Origin: Paraspadella gotoi
Taxonomy: Eukaryota; Animalia; Chaetognatha
DNA length: 64,000 nt
Direction: 5' to 3'
Assembly: GCA_051294375.1 (NCBI GenBank)
Contig: CM119269.1
Coordinates: forward strand, 20,412,371 to 20,476,370
Part shown: piece by piece, positions 38,280-52,367 of the stretch
Layout of the letters: the number at the start of each line of letters is the position of its first letter
Numbering within the stretch: position 1 is the stretch's first letter
The notes under the pieces: generated by a model
Seen by the model: the letters and a program-made list of their open reading frames with translations, nothing else
What the model was told of the DNA's origin: nothing
The model's database searches: none
Translations under genes and position numbers: made by a program

Positions 38280-38312
38280 GTCACGTGATCTCGATCTACG
38301 AGGTCGCGAGAA
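38280..38312. promoter_or_regulatory. E-box GTCACGTGAT plus TCTCGCGA-type motif upstream of the 38725 gene
   Basis: Motif match only. Confidence 0.25.
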
Positions 38313-38724
38313 CGAATCCCGCTCAACCTGAAGTTATGAGTTTCGAGGACTCGCGAAGGAAATGAGGAAGAAGGAAGAGGAAAGGGGGAGTGAGAGAGGA
38401 GTCAGATGAGAAAGAAAAATGAAGAGGAAAGGAAATGAGGAAGAAGGAAGAGGAAAGGGGGAGGGAGAAAGGAGTCAGATGAGAAAGAGAAATGGAGAGG
38501 AAAGGAAACGTTATGTAGCGAAATGGAAGAAGAATGAAGGAGGAAATGAAGTAATATTAAGACAAATAAAATTCGATAAAAAAGAAAACAAAAAAAACCA
38601 CAAAATTCCAAAAACCATTCTCTCCTACAATCTCTCTCTCTTTCTCTTTTTCTCTTTTTCTCTCTCTCTCTGTGTTTGGTTCTCTCCACACTTCCGACTC
38701 ACAAATCACGCAATTCAAGTTGCC

Positions 38725-39243
38725 ATGGCAAAAATACTGCGGCACGGTAGAATGATAAATACTGAGGCAGAATATGTCGTAATGCTGTGAGTAAAGAATT
38801 CTAGCCAAAGCGTATTTTAGAGAAAGAATTTTATCCCAAAAAAATAACAATTGTCCGCAAGAGAAAGCATGAATCCAAGCAAGAAAGCTGAAAGAAGCTT
38901 GGCCAGAAAATTCTCACTGACAAATTCCAAAACGACGATACGGACGTGGTGGACAACAAAGACGACTAAACAGAAAAAGCCAGAGCTACCGAAGAAGCCT
39001 CGGCTCACAACGGCTCCACCAAGTTTGCCTAAAGAGCAAAACCCGATGTTTATGACCCGCGAGATGACCCGAGCAAATGGACGGGCGCCGGTGCGGAATT
39101 TCCCGGCGCCGAGAACAGACGCTGCCGAATTTCCCGACGTCAAGAACGGATGGGATGGAATCCCGATGCTTTCCGACGGAAAACAACACAGTTGGAACGA
39201 ATTAGAAAGATTCTTTTGGTTTTTTTGGATCGTACGTACGTAG
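38725..39243 (+). CDS. Two-exon coding start (38725-38786, 38862-39243); weak similarity to DEG/ENaC N-terminus and TM1
   Basis: Kozak gccATGG, phase-2 gtgagt...aag intron keeps frame; ends DGIPML...ERFFWFFWIV with a possible donor (gtacgt) at 39232. Confidence 0.45.
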
Positions 39244-39399
39244 ATAAGTATTATGAGTTGATTAATTCATAGATTTTACCTTTCTTTTTCGTTGGTTTTA
39301 AAATGCGAGATAAAAAGGTTTTCTTTCCTTTCACAACGAAGTTTTTAATGGAAAAATCGAGATAATAAATAAAGCAAATTACGTGAGTTAACTGAAAAA

Positions 39400-39499
<100 letters not shown>

Positions 39500-39915
39500 A
39501 ATGAAAAAAAGAATAAGCAAGAAAAATATATGATGAACTTTTTTTTTTCACGCAAAACATAAATTTAACGAAGGTCGAAAGTAAGTTGATGTGGCTGAAA
39601 TAATATCGATTTTTAATGAAATGTAAACCTACAGTCCTACACGTCAGTAGAATTAAATACAAGAATTTTGATGAAGTAAAAAGTGATAAGAATAAAAAGC
39701 TTTATAGCTATAACTTCCTCCCTTTAATTCTCAATTCTCGATGCATCATGTCCTAGAAATAACTAAAAATAGAATGTTTTCTCTTTTCTCAGAAATCGAT
39801 TCTTCGAAACTGGAAACGGAGCGAAAACTGGAGAAAATTACGAGCGAGAAAAAAAAATCACCGCTCCATTTCTCTCTTCCCATGTTTTATGGATCGAAAT
39901 ATATTATTACGAATT

Positions 39916-40037
<122 letters not shown>

Positions 40038-40650
40038 TTTTTTCTCTCTTTTCCTCCTCATTGCTCTTCCCTTGTTCTCCCTTTTAATCTTCCTTTTTTT
40101 TCCTTCCTTGTCTTTCGGTCCATCAATCTTCGTCTTTTTTCTTCCTTTTTTTCTTTTAACTCACTTGCGACGTCAAACCCTTTCTCCTTTTCCTCCGTTA
40201 AATTTTCTTTTTAATGATTTCATTTTTTTTTCTTTAAATTTGCTAATTTTTTGGGTCATATTATCACAGGACGCCCCGTTTTATCTCAAATTGAGATTAA
40301 ATTGATTTATTTTGTATAAAGATTTAGTTAAAAGTTAGAGGGTTAAATATTAAAATTTTTAAAAAATTATGCGATCAATGAAAAAAGAGAGCCACAGGTC
40401 AGTTTACTTTATATTAGTGATGAAAAAGATAATGAAACCGAAGTAATTTCATTGTATCATCAAATTTAAGGTCAAAGACAAATCGTTTTCGCTTTTCGCT
40501 TTAACTCTCTCTTCTTCTCTCTTCCTCATTTTCCTAATGCACTCCGTCTCAATTTCCCTTTCAATTTCCATTATCTCTCTCTCTCTCTCTCTCTCCTGCG
40601 TTATTTTTTTCCCGATTTCCCGTTTATTTCTATTGCTCTCTGTCAAATTC

Positions 40651-40728
<78 letters not shown>

Positions 40729-41160
40729 TTTCCTTCTTCCTTTCCCACTCCTTTCCTTTTGGATTTTCATTTTTTTTTATTAATTCGAAATAAGAATTTT
40801 ATTGCGACATTTTTCTCGAGAAGTGTGAAACGGGCTGTCGTCTTCATTGTCGTCCTTTCCCCTTACGAGATTACTTGGTTAACCATACTTTTAATTTTTT
40901 TATATATTAGAATATGTTATTTTTCTTTCGTTTCGTTATTTTAAATTTAATTAAGAGAAAAGATTGATTTTCACAACGAATTATTTGTTTTTAATTTCAG
41001 ATGTTTCGAATAAAACCTAAAGTTAACATTGCCTAAAACTTGCAATTTCATTATAAAGAAAGTTTAAATCTATTACTAAATTTTAATAGCAGAAGGCCAC
41101 TAAAACTAAAAGTATACCAGACCTTTTTCACGAAAACCGAGCAAATCAAGTTTGGCAAAG

Positions 41161-41210
<50 letters not shown>

Positions 41211-41905
41211 AATTTGGTTTATTTCCCTCGACAATATTTTCGTTCCCTTTGTTTTGTCAATCCTCGTTTTTTTTTTTCAGAATATGGTACATTTTTTGCG
41301 CGCGCGCGACCAATGTCATTCATTGTCACCCAGTATTATTCAGACATTTTGCGTTGGAAACGCCGTATCTTTTAATACATTATACATATATCAACCGAAT
41401 CGTCTCTCTTTCCGTCTTTCATTCCCTCCACTTATTTTCACGTTAGCATTTTATTTCTCCTGTACAGATCTTGACCTTCGCTACCTTCTGATCTCCCCTA
41501 TTTTACTTTTTGTTCTTCTCTAAACTGTTTCTTGATCTGTCTCTATCTTCCTCCCATATCTTTTTGTTCTTCCTTAGTCCTCATAAAAAAATAATATCCT
41601 TCCCCTTTTTTTTCTGGGTCCCCAACTCACGCCTCTCATTCAGTTCTGCTTTCGCTTCGCCAGTTTTTTGACAAAAACGTCGTCGTGTCTCCGAAAAAAA
41701 CTTTCATGCAATTTTCCCATTGTTATTTTTGTATTTAGGGAAAAAAATTTAACAAGGAAGAAAAGAAAGAAAGAAAGAAAGAAAAAAAGAAAACAAGAAA
41801 GTAAGAAAGAAAAAAAGAAAGCGAGATTGAAAGAAAGAGAGAAAGAAAGAAAGAGAAAAAGAAAGAAAGCGAGATTGAAAAAAGAGAGTAAGAGAGAAGA
41901 AACGA

Positions 41906-41973
<68 letters not shown>

Positions 41974-41978
41974 AAAGA

Positions 41979-42093
41979 AAAAGTTTGAGCAAACAATGCC
42001 GGATCTGCCCACGATCATTAGCGGTAATTAATTTATTTAGATAATTAATTAATTATTAATTAATCAGATCCGGCATTAATAGCTCAAACTTTT
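41979..42093. repeat. Short inverted repeat / MITE-like hairpin
   Basis: aaagtttgagc...aatgccggatctg versus cagatccggcatt...gctcaaacttt. Confidence 0.75.
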
Positions 42094-42833
42094 ATGTCCA
42101 AAAGCAAAAGACGACGATGATTGCGACGACCACGATAATACCAACAACGATTAATGGATTGAGTAATTAATTGATTAATTAATTGATTACTAATTGATTG
42201 ATTAATTAGTGGAATAATTGTTTGATTAATTGTTTGATTAATTAATGCAGCTTGAATTTACATTTAATATATATAAAAAAATCAATTAATGAAACAGGTT
42301 TTTCGTTTTTTCCATTCCAACTAATTTCCACTTGGACGATTCCATCGAAACTTAATATCCACACTTTTATACCCACACACAAAATTTCATTTTAATCCAT
42401 CCATCCAATTATTATTAATTAGAATAATTATTATTTAATGTAAGTAAAAAGATTCCAGTAAAGGTGACTTATGTTTTTTTTCCATTTAAACTCAATTTCC
42501 ATCGAAATTTTATTTTATTTTACTTTATTTTATTTTTTTTTATTACACAGTTTCCTACTCACACACAAAATTTCATTTCTTCCCATTCATCCTTTCACGA
42601 GTAATTGGAGTTTTTAACCAAGGGGGGACGGACGGACGGACATCAACTTTTTTTCATAATTTATCATAATTCGATGTTCTGACATGATTTAAGGGATTTA
42701 TTAACAAGGTTGAGGCGGTCGACCGACGGACCGACAAAGTGAATTATAGAGCCGGAATCTGCTGTTAGCTAAAAATGAAAGAAAGGGGAAAAAAATGATT
42801 CCGGCAAAAACTGTCTCGTCCTTTTCCCTCGAG

Positions 42834-43083
42834 TTCGACGAACGACGAAGCGAAATTCCCTTCACGAGATTTTCCTTCACATCATCGCAGTGTTGGGAGT
42901 GAAGGGAGTGCTGCAGCCTCAGTGCAACAAGATCGCCCCTCGACCACTCCACCTCTCGTTCCCTTGCAACTCTTTCGCCTCCCGATTCCCGGTTCGGGGA
43001 GTGGAAACACTCCCCGAACCGCCTCCCCTGGCTCGATGCCCCGATTCCACAGCGTCGAGCCCTTTAGCCTCGTCAGCCCATAA
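42834..43083 (+). CDS. Possible terminal exon, Pro/Ser-rich, gene unassigned
   Basis: GC-rich open frame STNDEAKFPSRDF...LFRLPIPGSGSGNTPR...SLVSP* after a pyrimidine tract and AG. Confidence 0.3.
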
Positions 43084-45522
43084 CCGCCTCGAAATTTGTT
43101 TTCGTTTTTCCTTTTTTTCTTTTTCCTTTTGCCCCTTTTCTTCTCTTTCACTTCTTCCTCTCTTTTCTCTTTTTACTCCTCTTTTTCTTTTGTTCTTTTC
43201 CGCTTTTTCTCCACATTCCTCAAGCTATGATAAGTTATTTGAAACAGACTCAGCAATTTTGCTTCCCCCCTTCTCTCCTCTCTCTCTCTCTCTCTCACAG
43301 GTCTCCTCCGTCGATCTCTCTCTTCGATTCGCACTCATCTTCCTCTCCTCCTCTCGATCTTCTCTCGTCTCTTCTGTCTCTACTCTTTTTCACTCTCTCC
43401 TCTCATCTCTTCCTCTCTCCTCTCTCTCTCTCTCTCCTTTCCTGCCCATAGAACAAATCTTGAGCCGAGACCAATTTCGATAAAACGACGGATATTTTTT
43501 CACCCAAAATATGGCGGTTATGATGTCTCGTCCGTTATGCCTCGTTATGCTCCATATATTTCGCCCGACAAAAAAAAAATAACCTGATAAATAAAATAAA
43601 ATAAAATAAATAAAAATACCGGAGTCGCGACTGGACCCAATCGTTTCATTTCGATGTTTAAATTATTATATACTCAGACCTTTTTTACGTAGCCATATAT
43701 AATAATATATTATATTTCTTAGTGAAATCAGGCGGGATTTCTGAAGGTTATAGGTATACTTATTTTTAAACATTTGAGCAAAGTAGTTTTTTTTTATATA
43801 TATACATTTTAAAAAAATGCAAATTGGCAGACAGGCAGACTGAAAAGTGACTCGTTACTGTTGAAAGATCTTCTGTTATTTCACGTCGAGTCAATATCTA
43901 AATTGACCGATTCTGACTGGTCATTCTAATAGAATAGTTTCTTGGATTTGTAGTTTTTGAGGAATTTTGTGCTCGAATTCATAGAACGACATTGATTTCG
44001 CACATTTATTTATCTCTCAATTTTTAAATTATATACCCTTTTTTTTTTGGTTTCTTTTTATTTTTGTTTTTTTGTCATCTCAATTTTTTTACTCTCTTCC
44101 TTTCTCTACCTTTCTTCACCTCCCTTTTCTTTTTTCTCTCTATTGGGCTCGAGCAACCGTTTCTAATGTCACATCTTTTTTCCCGCCTCGTCTGTTTTAG
44201 TTTTTCTTTTTCCCCATCCTTTTTTTTTTTACTATTCTTTCTTCAATCTCTGCTTTATAGCTCCCATTCTTTGACTCTTTTCTTTCGCTCTCTTTGTCTT
44301 TCATACGTATTTAGCATATATTTTCTCTTCCACTTTTTCTTCACCTGAATATTTTTTTTTCCGTCTTCTCATTTTTCTTGTTTCCTCGTGTTGTTCTCGA
44401 GTCTTCCTTAGGGGCGACCTTCCCTTCGGCTTATGGCTAATTCATGTTTATCGTCGTCGTCGTCGTCTTCGTCGTCGTTTTTTCGTCCCTATCGTCGTCT
44501 TTAAAATCATTATGATCATCATCATGATCATCATCATCATGAACATCATCATCATCATGATCATCATCATCATCATCATCATCATGATCATCATCATCAT
44601 CATCATCCGGCTCAACCTTCTCCTCCTTAAAAGTCCTATCTTTGCCATAATGAGTATTTCCCGTGGAAGAAAAGAAAAAAAACAAAAACTGGTGCCTCAT
44701 TTTTTTTATTCCTTTTTTTTAATTTTTTTTTTCCTTTTTCTTTTTTCTCCCTTGTATTTTCTCCTTTTATTCTCTTATCTTTTCATTCTTTTTGTCTTTT
44801 CTTAGAATTCACTCATTCGCGAGTCACCGTCGTCATCGCTTTTGCAGAGAATGAGACGACGACGACGACGACGATGGCGACGACGACGACGACGACGATG
44901 GCGACGACGATTGCGACGACCGAGATATAAATAGAAGTTAAGCCCGATAAATTTCTTAGTATTTGTAAAGTTTCAAATCAACCATAGAGATATTAGGAGA
45001 ATAGAAGTCTCACCCAAAAAAAATCACAAGGAAATTACTATTTTTATTTAAAGATTTAAAGAAAGAGAAATTCCTTAACTGAAAGATAGAAAAAACTAAA
45101 GGGTTACCAAAAAAGAAAGAGAAAAGCTATTGAGGTTTCACCGAAATGCGAATGGAAATGCCTCTGGTGAACCCGGGTCACCGACGAGGTCAGGCGTCTG
45201 TCGATGGCGGTCAGTCGTCAGGCAATGGAGGTCAGGCATCAGGCGATAAAGGTCGGGCGGATTTAAAGCCTGACCAAAACAAAATGGCAACGGAGAAAAA
45301 GAAAAGGTCTCATAATGAGGAAGCCCACTGTTTTTGGAATAAAAAAATATTACGTCGAAAAAGTTTATTGAAAAATACGTATCGCAATTGTGTTAAATAT
45401 ATCCAATTCCCTTCTGAGTCTTAGACTTCATTCTCAACCGTCTCGCTGCTTTTACCGTCAATTTCCAAACCAACTATTGTCAAATCACTGTGCCACAGTG
45501 GAAGTGCTGTAATCGGTCATTA

Positions 45523-45765
45523 ACCACCTCCTACAAGCATGAGTGCATGACACTTTCAATCGAGACCCGGTGGCTCATTGAGTAATACCATTAGCTCATG
45601 ACCACCCCAATGGTACCTACCCTGCGGAAAGCGTGAGGACGGCCTTGGAGGCCTGGAAACCCCTCTTGCCTGGTTCCAAGCACAGGACCCGTTCACTTAA
45701 TGCGGAGGAAGTCACAGAAGATATGGATAGTAGTTTTCATCCCACTTAACGCCATATCCACAGTA
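45523..45765 (+). mobile_element. tRNA-derived SINE (family 3), B-box hairpin deleted
   Basis: Reverse-complement homolog of 36935-37205. Confidence 0.75.
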
Positions 45766-46374
45766 CGAACGGTCTGTGGTCAATATTTTCCGTCGGAAAA
45801 TAAGTTGTGCATGAGGGACGTCGTGAGGTTTCATAAGGTAAGGAATTTGTTGACTCGACTGCAAGTATTTTCCAACAAAAACTTCCGTACGACTCCTTGA
45901 CAAAGCCGAAAATACTATTATTATTAGCTAAACATTTTCTCTCACGAGATGAATACGTGTGCTAATTGCACTGACCTGTGACCTGTGACCTGTGACCTGA
46001 TCTGTGACCTCTCGTTGGGTCAGTATTTGAATAGACTTTATCCGATCACTTTTTCTCATTTCACCGTTCTCGTTACTTTTTCGAGGAACTCTTTTAACCA
46101 ATTAGTTTTTCGATCATAATCGTTTCTCCTGAATACAATGATTTTCTACACCAGTTTATTGTACGACATTGATTTCGCCATTTATTTATATTCTGTACCC
46201 AAATAAACTTATTCATGATTTCTTAGTCATTCTTGCGACATTTACGTCGCTTTGAGATTTAGAAATCCTTACTCCATGTTATCCAGTTTATCCTTCTGCG
46301 GACCCTCGAGGCTAGAAAAATAAATATTTTTTTATAAAGTCAATGAAAACAACTGATAAGTTTGTGAATTTCAA

Positions 46375-46417
46375 ATGCTGATGAAGACTCGAACCCAAAG
46401 AGTCGAAACATGTCCGT
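46375..46417 (+). ncRNA. Type I hammerhead ribozyme
   Basis: atg-CTGATGA-a-GACTC/GAGTC-GAAAC-at-GTC-cgt. Confidence 0.85.
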
Positions 46418-47430
46418 CTATTAAAATAAATCGTTGTCATAAATTCAAAAAACACTTTGTTTTCTCCAAAGAAAAAATATTTACATAAATTTTCGAACAG
46501 ATTTTTATCGTATAGAGAGATAACATAATTCATCATCTCTGTCTCACTCCCACGATTTCCAATCGATGACGTTTTTCACCGCCTCCGCAATTTTTTTCTT
46601 CCTCCTATTCTTTTTCCTCCTACCTTTTTTTTTCTCACGACGCCACTTGGATTGGATTTCTTCTCTTTTTCACAGATCCTCTCTATAAATCTCCTCTACT
46701 CTCCTTTCTTTCTCCTCTTTTCTTTTCCTCTCATCCTCTTCGTTCCTCTATTTCACGTTCATCTTTCCTCTTCTACCGATTTTCCGATATTCACCATTTC
46801 TTTTCGTCGCGGTCGTTCGTCTTCTTGTTGTTGCCTCACCTTTCCTTACCTTTCTTTCTTTCTTTCTTTCTTTCTTGCTTTTCTTTCTTTCTTTCTTTCT
46901 CTTCTTTCTTTCTTCTTCTTTCTTTTCTTTCTTCTTTCTTTCTTTCTTTCTTTCTTTCTCGTTTTCTGTCGCATTATTTCTTATTTTTTCTTACTTTCTT
47001 TTTTTTTTTCCTCTTTTCCTTTCTTATTCGGACATAAACTTTTCTCAAAACTTTCGTTCTAAGAACTTCCACCTTTCACTTTCCTCCATGCTCTCTTTTC
47101 TTTCTTTATCCTTTCTAGTATATTTATACGTTTCTCAGTTTTTTCTGTCTCTATTTTTTTTTGTTTTCCATCCCAGTTTCTTCTCGTTCTCCACCCTACT
47201 CTTCTTTTCTATCCTTATTTTGTTTCTTTTTCCTATAAAGCTCCTCTCACCCTTCTTCCGCTCCTCTACCCCTCTTCCTCCCAGCTCCAGTCGGCTCCAG
47301 TTCTGCTCTCACGCGTTCCAATGCATCACTGCTTCCTTCTTTCCTTCTTTTCCTTTCCTCCTCTCACTTTCTCTCTCATTCTCCGTCTCTTTCTCCTTCT
47401 CATCAGCTCTCCTCGCTCTCTCGTGCGCGC

Positions 47431-47492
<62 letters not shown>

Positions 47493-48397
47493 TTCTCTCT
47501 CTCTCTCCATAGCTATGGGCTGCACCATGGATTCTGCTTCTGCTTCTCTGGGACCCCATGTGATATTTTTCTTCTTCTTCTTCGCCTTCAATTATTTTTC
47601 CCGGAAAATTTTGTTTTGGTGTTTTTTTTCATCTTATTTTTAAAATTTTACATTATTTGTTGTTCGTCTTCCTAATTGATTGATAAACAAACTAAACAAA
47701 AAAAAATAATAAAATGCGCGAGATAAAAAAATCGATTCATCATATTTTTAAAAATTCGAATTTCGTTAAATAGCATCTTTTAATAATCGTTTATAAAAAT
47801 TAATTTTTATTTTTATTTAATTAATTAGATTCGTTAATTAGATCAATTTCAGATAATAGTTTATCTATTGAGGTTCGTGGCAATTGCTCGAAAGAAAATA
47901 AACTTCGATTACTAAAAAAATAGCAAAAAAGCTCGAGTAAAAATTTTAGTCAATTGTGTTAAATAACAAAGAAAAATCAAACTGAAACAACCAATGTTTT
48001 AGTTTCTTCTAAGCCAGCGGCATTGATATATACTAGTAATAATTTTTAAAACGTAGACTTTAAACAACGCAATTCTTCCGTTAATTTTGTATATTAGACC
48101 AATCTAATTAACGTCAAACAGACTAATAAAGTAAGGAATTAAATTTAACGAGAAAAAACTTGTGATGAGAATCAGAGATTATTAGTTGATGTCCCATTGG
48201 CTTTGGTCTCTCTGCTTGGCTGATTGTCTTTAGGTTTATATTTGAGTCCTCAAATATGTCATCTGTCTATTTTCATTAAAACGAGAGTCAACAAAACAGG
48301 AATAATGTAAACTCATTTAAAACAACATTGGAGACGGCAGGTGAGTGAAGAGATTGTGTGTGTGTGTGTGACTGTGTGGTGTGTGAGAGAGAGAGAG

Positions 48398-48444
<47 letters not shown>

Positions 48445-48468
48445 AGAAGAGAGAGAGAGAGAGAGAAA

Positions 48469-48500
<32 letters not shown>

Positions 48501-49139
48501 GATAGAGAGAGGAAAGAGAGAGGAGAGAGAACAAGAGAAATAGCAAGCGGAATTAATAGACGTTTATTTTTGTTTTTTAAGATTAAATCATTAATATTAT
48601 AAACCAGTGACAACCTATCAATCGGTTTTCCAGAATAGAACTCGTGGTTAAACTAAATAAGAAGAAAATGCCATTTAAATTCTGGCGCCTCGCAGAATAG
48701 AAGTGAATTGGAAATGCCAAAGGCGTTGGAATCGCGACCTTAACCGAGATTTACATCCCATCTGTTTTGCCCATTCCATCTCTGCCCTCTTTTACCAATT
48801 TTTTTTTTCGCCGCCCTTTTAGTGCCTTGATTTTTATTTCTCGGTTACATTGTCGACAGTTATCCGCCTTTTCAGTTTATGCTTAGCTTAATTAATTTTT
48901 GTTTACCTTACCTCACCTTACCTTCTAATGCCCAAACTTTAGACACGCCTCCGTCTTCTTCCCCGTCATTTCTTCCCTTTCCATCCCTTCCCTCCAAATA
49001 TTAATTTTAACCTAACCCTTCTTTACTTTCTCTCATTTCCTTCCATCTCCTCCCCTTTTCTTTTTCCTTTTTTCTTCTCTTCCATCTCCTCTCTCACCCA
49101 CCCTTTTTTCTCCCAATCCTCCTTCTCCTTCGAAAAAAA

Positions 49140-49580
49140 GATAAAACCGGGTTCCGAATTCTCGGGTCACAATGGCTGCGTCGAGCGACGACCGAGGGTT
49201 TTACGATTCACAATTAGAGGAATTAAATGGACGGACCAGATGGAATCACACGGCATTGTCTGGGAAAAGATGGGTTTCGTGCGGAATATTTTGGGTATCG
49301 GATCCCGCAATGGATACTCCCGAATGTTCGTAGTCAGTCCTCAAAGGCAATGGATGTTGTCCACGGATTCTAGATCTCAACAGATAGCAAAAATACAAAA
49401 CATTTTCTACAAAGAGACTAAACTAACTGGCAAAATCTTTAAACCGTCGCTCGAAAGCCAGCGGGCGCGGAGAGCGGCTGCCTTTTACGATCGCTCGACT
49501 CCAACGCCTACCAAATGGCGAAGGGGGTCGCAATGATGGGTACATGGCACTCGATTGAGCGAGAAGGGTACTTCATTGGG
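49140..49580 (+). other. Coding-like island(s), product unknown
   Basis: Higher GC, several open frames, GTAAGA donor at ~49580. Confidence 0.25.
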
Positions 49581-50460
49581 TAAGAGTGGCACGTCATCGA
49601 GCAAGAGTGGCACTTATTTAGACAGGACAGCAAAAATTTAATTATGTCGGAAAAAGAAGAAAAAAGAAACTTGGTACTTTGAGAAGAGTCTCCGAGAGTC
49701 CTTCTTTTCATAAGCATTGAGCACTGAGCTGCCACACTGCCAGCACAGCAGCAATTTCTCAAAAAACAATAAGATTCAAGTCTTCCATTAAGAACCTTTT
49801 GATAAGCCTACTTTTTTATCCTCCCGTCGTCAAGCGACGTTAAGAGGAAGCGGGTCTATTTTAAAAGAAAACCAATCTCGTCAGCCAGAACCGACAGGTT
49901 GACGTGATTTAGCTAACGTCTGTAAAAAAAAAAACATTGTAATACCTTATCGCAGGACAAAAACATATAAAATTAGTATGATTATATCTAGGCCATATAA
50001 CCTCCCCTTTGTGAAGGCGCATCATTCCCTCTTTCAAGAGTTTTAACCAACTTACTTTTCCTCAAACGAATTTTTCTCCTTTTACTTTTCTTAGGCCAGG
50101 ATTTTCCTCAGAAGTTCTTCACTTTGAATTAATCATGAATACATTCTAAATCCGATAAGGCTCTTCCGCTCCAGGATTCCCCCCCCCCTTTTTTTTTCTC
50201 CTTTTTTTGCTCATTTTTTACGATTTTTACTTTTTATCTTTTTCTATACGTCTTTTTCTAATGTTCTTTTTTATTTATTTTTTTTAAGAAACAAACGATT
50301 TAATGAGATTGGAACAAGGAATATATAAATTTGTCATTATGGACAGGCTTTGGTGAGGAAATCCTCCATCCCTCTTAAAAGATCGCAAGAATCTGGAAGC
50401 TTTCAATCCTGACTCTCTCACAGTCTAGACTAAATATTAACTTCTAAAGTGCTTTTTCTG

Positions 50461-50777
50461 TTTTTAGTCGCGATAGAGTACTCGCGGAGCAACACGAAGT
50501 CACTTTTTGGTCGGTCTGTCGGTCGGTCGGTCGGTATATCTGTCCGTCGGTCTGTCCCACTTAAGTTAAAAGTGCTCATAACTCGGCTATGTTATTGAGA
50601 CAGGAAAAAAACCTCAAATTTAAGTGACTGCTCGCGCCGCCTTCATGAAATCCTAAATCTATAAAGAATAACTGACGAGATCCCGATGCAGTGCGTGTCA
50701 TAAATACGAATACAATATAAATATTTTTGTGATACATAAATTTCCTAGAGATGCGGCGCAACACATTGAATTGACCG
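50461..50777 (+). mobile_element. DINE-1/HINE-like element
   Basis: GAGTACTCGCGGAGCAAC, (GTCG)n, 3' GCGGCGCAACACATTG. Confidence 0.8.
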
Positions 50778-50861
50778 ATAATATTTTTTTTTTGAACAGT
50801 TTTAATTTCAAAACCAACTTATTATCAACCCAGTTGTAAAACAACCTTTACTTGCTAAACA

Positions 50862-51163
50862 GACAGAACAATTTTACTCACCCGATTCTTGTCAGTGAGC
50901 GACGATTTGTCTACGAAGAACTCCAGCAAGGCGTGATCGCTGGAAAATTAATCTCATCAAAAGTAATTGAGGCTGTTTCACTTAATCGTAATAAATTTGA
51001 CAAGATAAAGCAGAAAATAGCGGATGAGAATTTATGAGTTGAGAAGGCGATGAGTTGAATAATCAGAATATTGAAATCGAGTTTTGTTTGTGGCACTGAC
51101 AACCACTGAGGTACATTGAGAAAATCTTTAGACAAGATCTATAGCAATGTGTTTGAGGAACAG
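50862..51163 (+). pseudogene. CARD/death-fold-like exon with three in-frame TGA
   Basis: cag|...HPILVSERRFVYEELQQGVIAGKLISSKVIE...FDKIKQKIADENL*VEKAMS*IIRILKS...DNH*GTLRKSLDKIYSNVFEEQ|gt; hydrophobic spacing resembles CARD helices. Confidence 0.35.
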
Positions 51164-51202
51164 GTATTTGAGGTTATAAATTTGGCATAGAAAAAAGAAC
51201 AT

Positions 51203-51438
51203 ATTATGGGAACGTGGGGACATGTGTGATGCCCTGTGAGTGAGGTACCGCGCGACATCTGGCGCTCAAGGCACGGGCGTGTTTATGACGACACCATCAC
51301 ACTTTAACCAGGGCGACCGTGCGGGGATTGAACCCGAAACTCATAGTGGGTGAACGAGTACTTACTTAGCTGTCAAAGCCAACGGGACAAGCTGAGTTTT
51401 ACCAAGCTATAAGGGAGGCGAATTTAGGATTCGCCACA
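51203..51438 (-). mobile_element. Family 2 SINE-like element
   Basis: B box GGTTCAATCCC; terminal hairpin GGCGAAT/ATTCGCC. Confidence 0.75.
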
Positions 51439-51645
51439 ATGTGATTTAACATAACAGTGCTCTCCTGTTTAAACTTGTATTGACAAATCGGTCTCGCCAT
51501 TTTTTTTTTATTTTTCACAAGATTTAATGTTTTTATCCTTAAAAAATGTTTTAAAAAATGATAAAACAAGTGATAAATGGTCGTCGTGAAACAAACAAAC
51601 GACCTTTAAAAATAAACCGTAAAACGGAAATCCGCTACGACGAAA

Positions 51646-51688
<43 letters not shown>

Positions 51689-52300
51689 TTTAAAAAAAAG
51701 AAAAGAAAAGAATGAGACCAAAGTGATTCTCAATTGAAGGATTGCGGATTGTGGATTGTGCATGGTGGATTGTGGCGCCATTCACTTCTGGAGGTATAGA
51801 GACGTCTGGTAGATTTTGACCAACTTGATACCAGCGCTGTTTGAGGTATGGCTATCCTGCGTAAAACGAAAAATTGATAATCAACTTTGTGAATGAGCAA
51901 ATTTGGAATGATTCCAGGATAATAAATTTTTAATCAACATAGAATAATAAATGTTCTTTAATAATGAAGATAAGGAGGATGACGACTATGATATCACTAA
52001 CTTCTACGACGACGACGACGACGACGACGTAGTGAACGAAGAAGACGACGATAACGACGACGACGATAACGACGACGACGATAACGACGACGACGATAAC
52101 GACGACGACGATAACGACGACGCCGTCCCCGACGTTATGCGTCTCAAACGTCGTCATAAAAGAAGAGAAGGAAATCAATTTCCGCATCTGTGTTGCGGGG
52201 ACTCGTGGAGGGAAAGGGAAAAGAGGGCACTAGGGAATGAAATGGAGGATATTTGGGATAAGGGGAATGATGAACCAAGGAAGTACTGGAAAGTGGTTAA

Positions 52301-52367
<67 letters not shown>

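Noticed and set aside
45146-45424. 92-aa ORF with GGQ[AS]SG repeats
   Set aside because: Short 21-bp degenerate repeat open on both strands; no independent coding support
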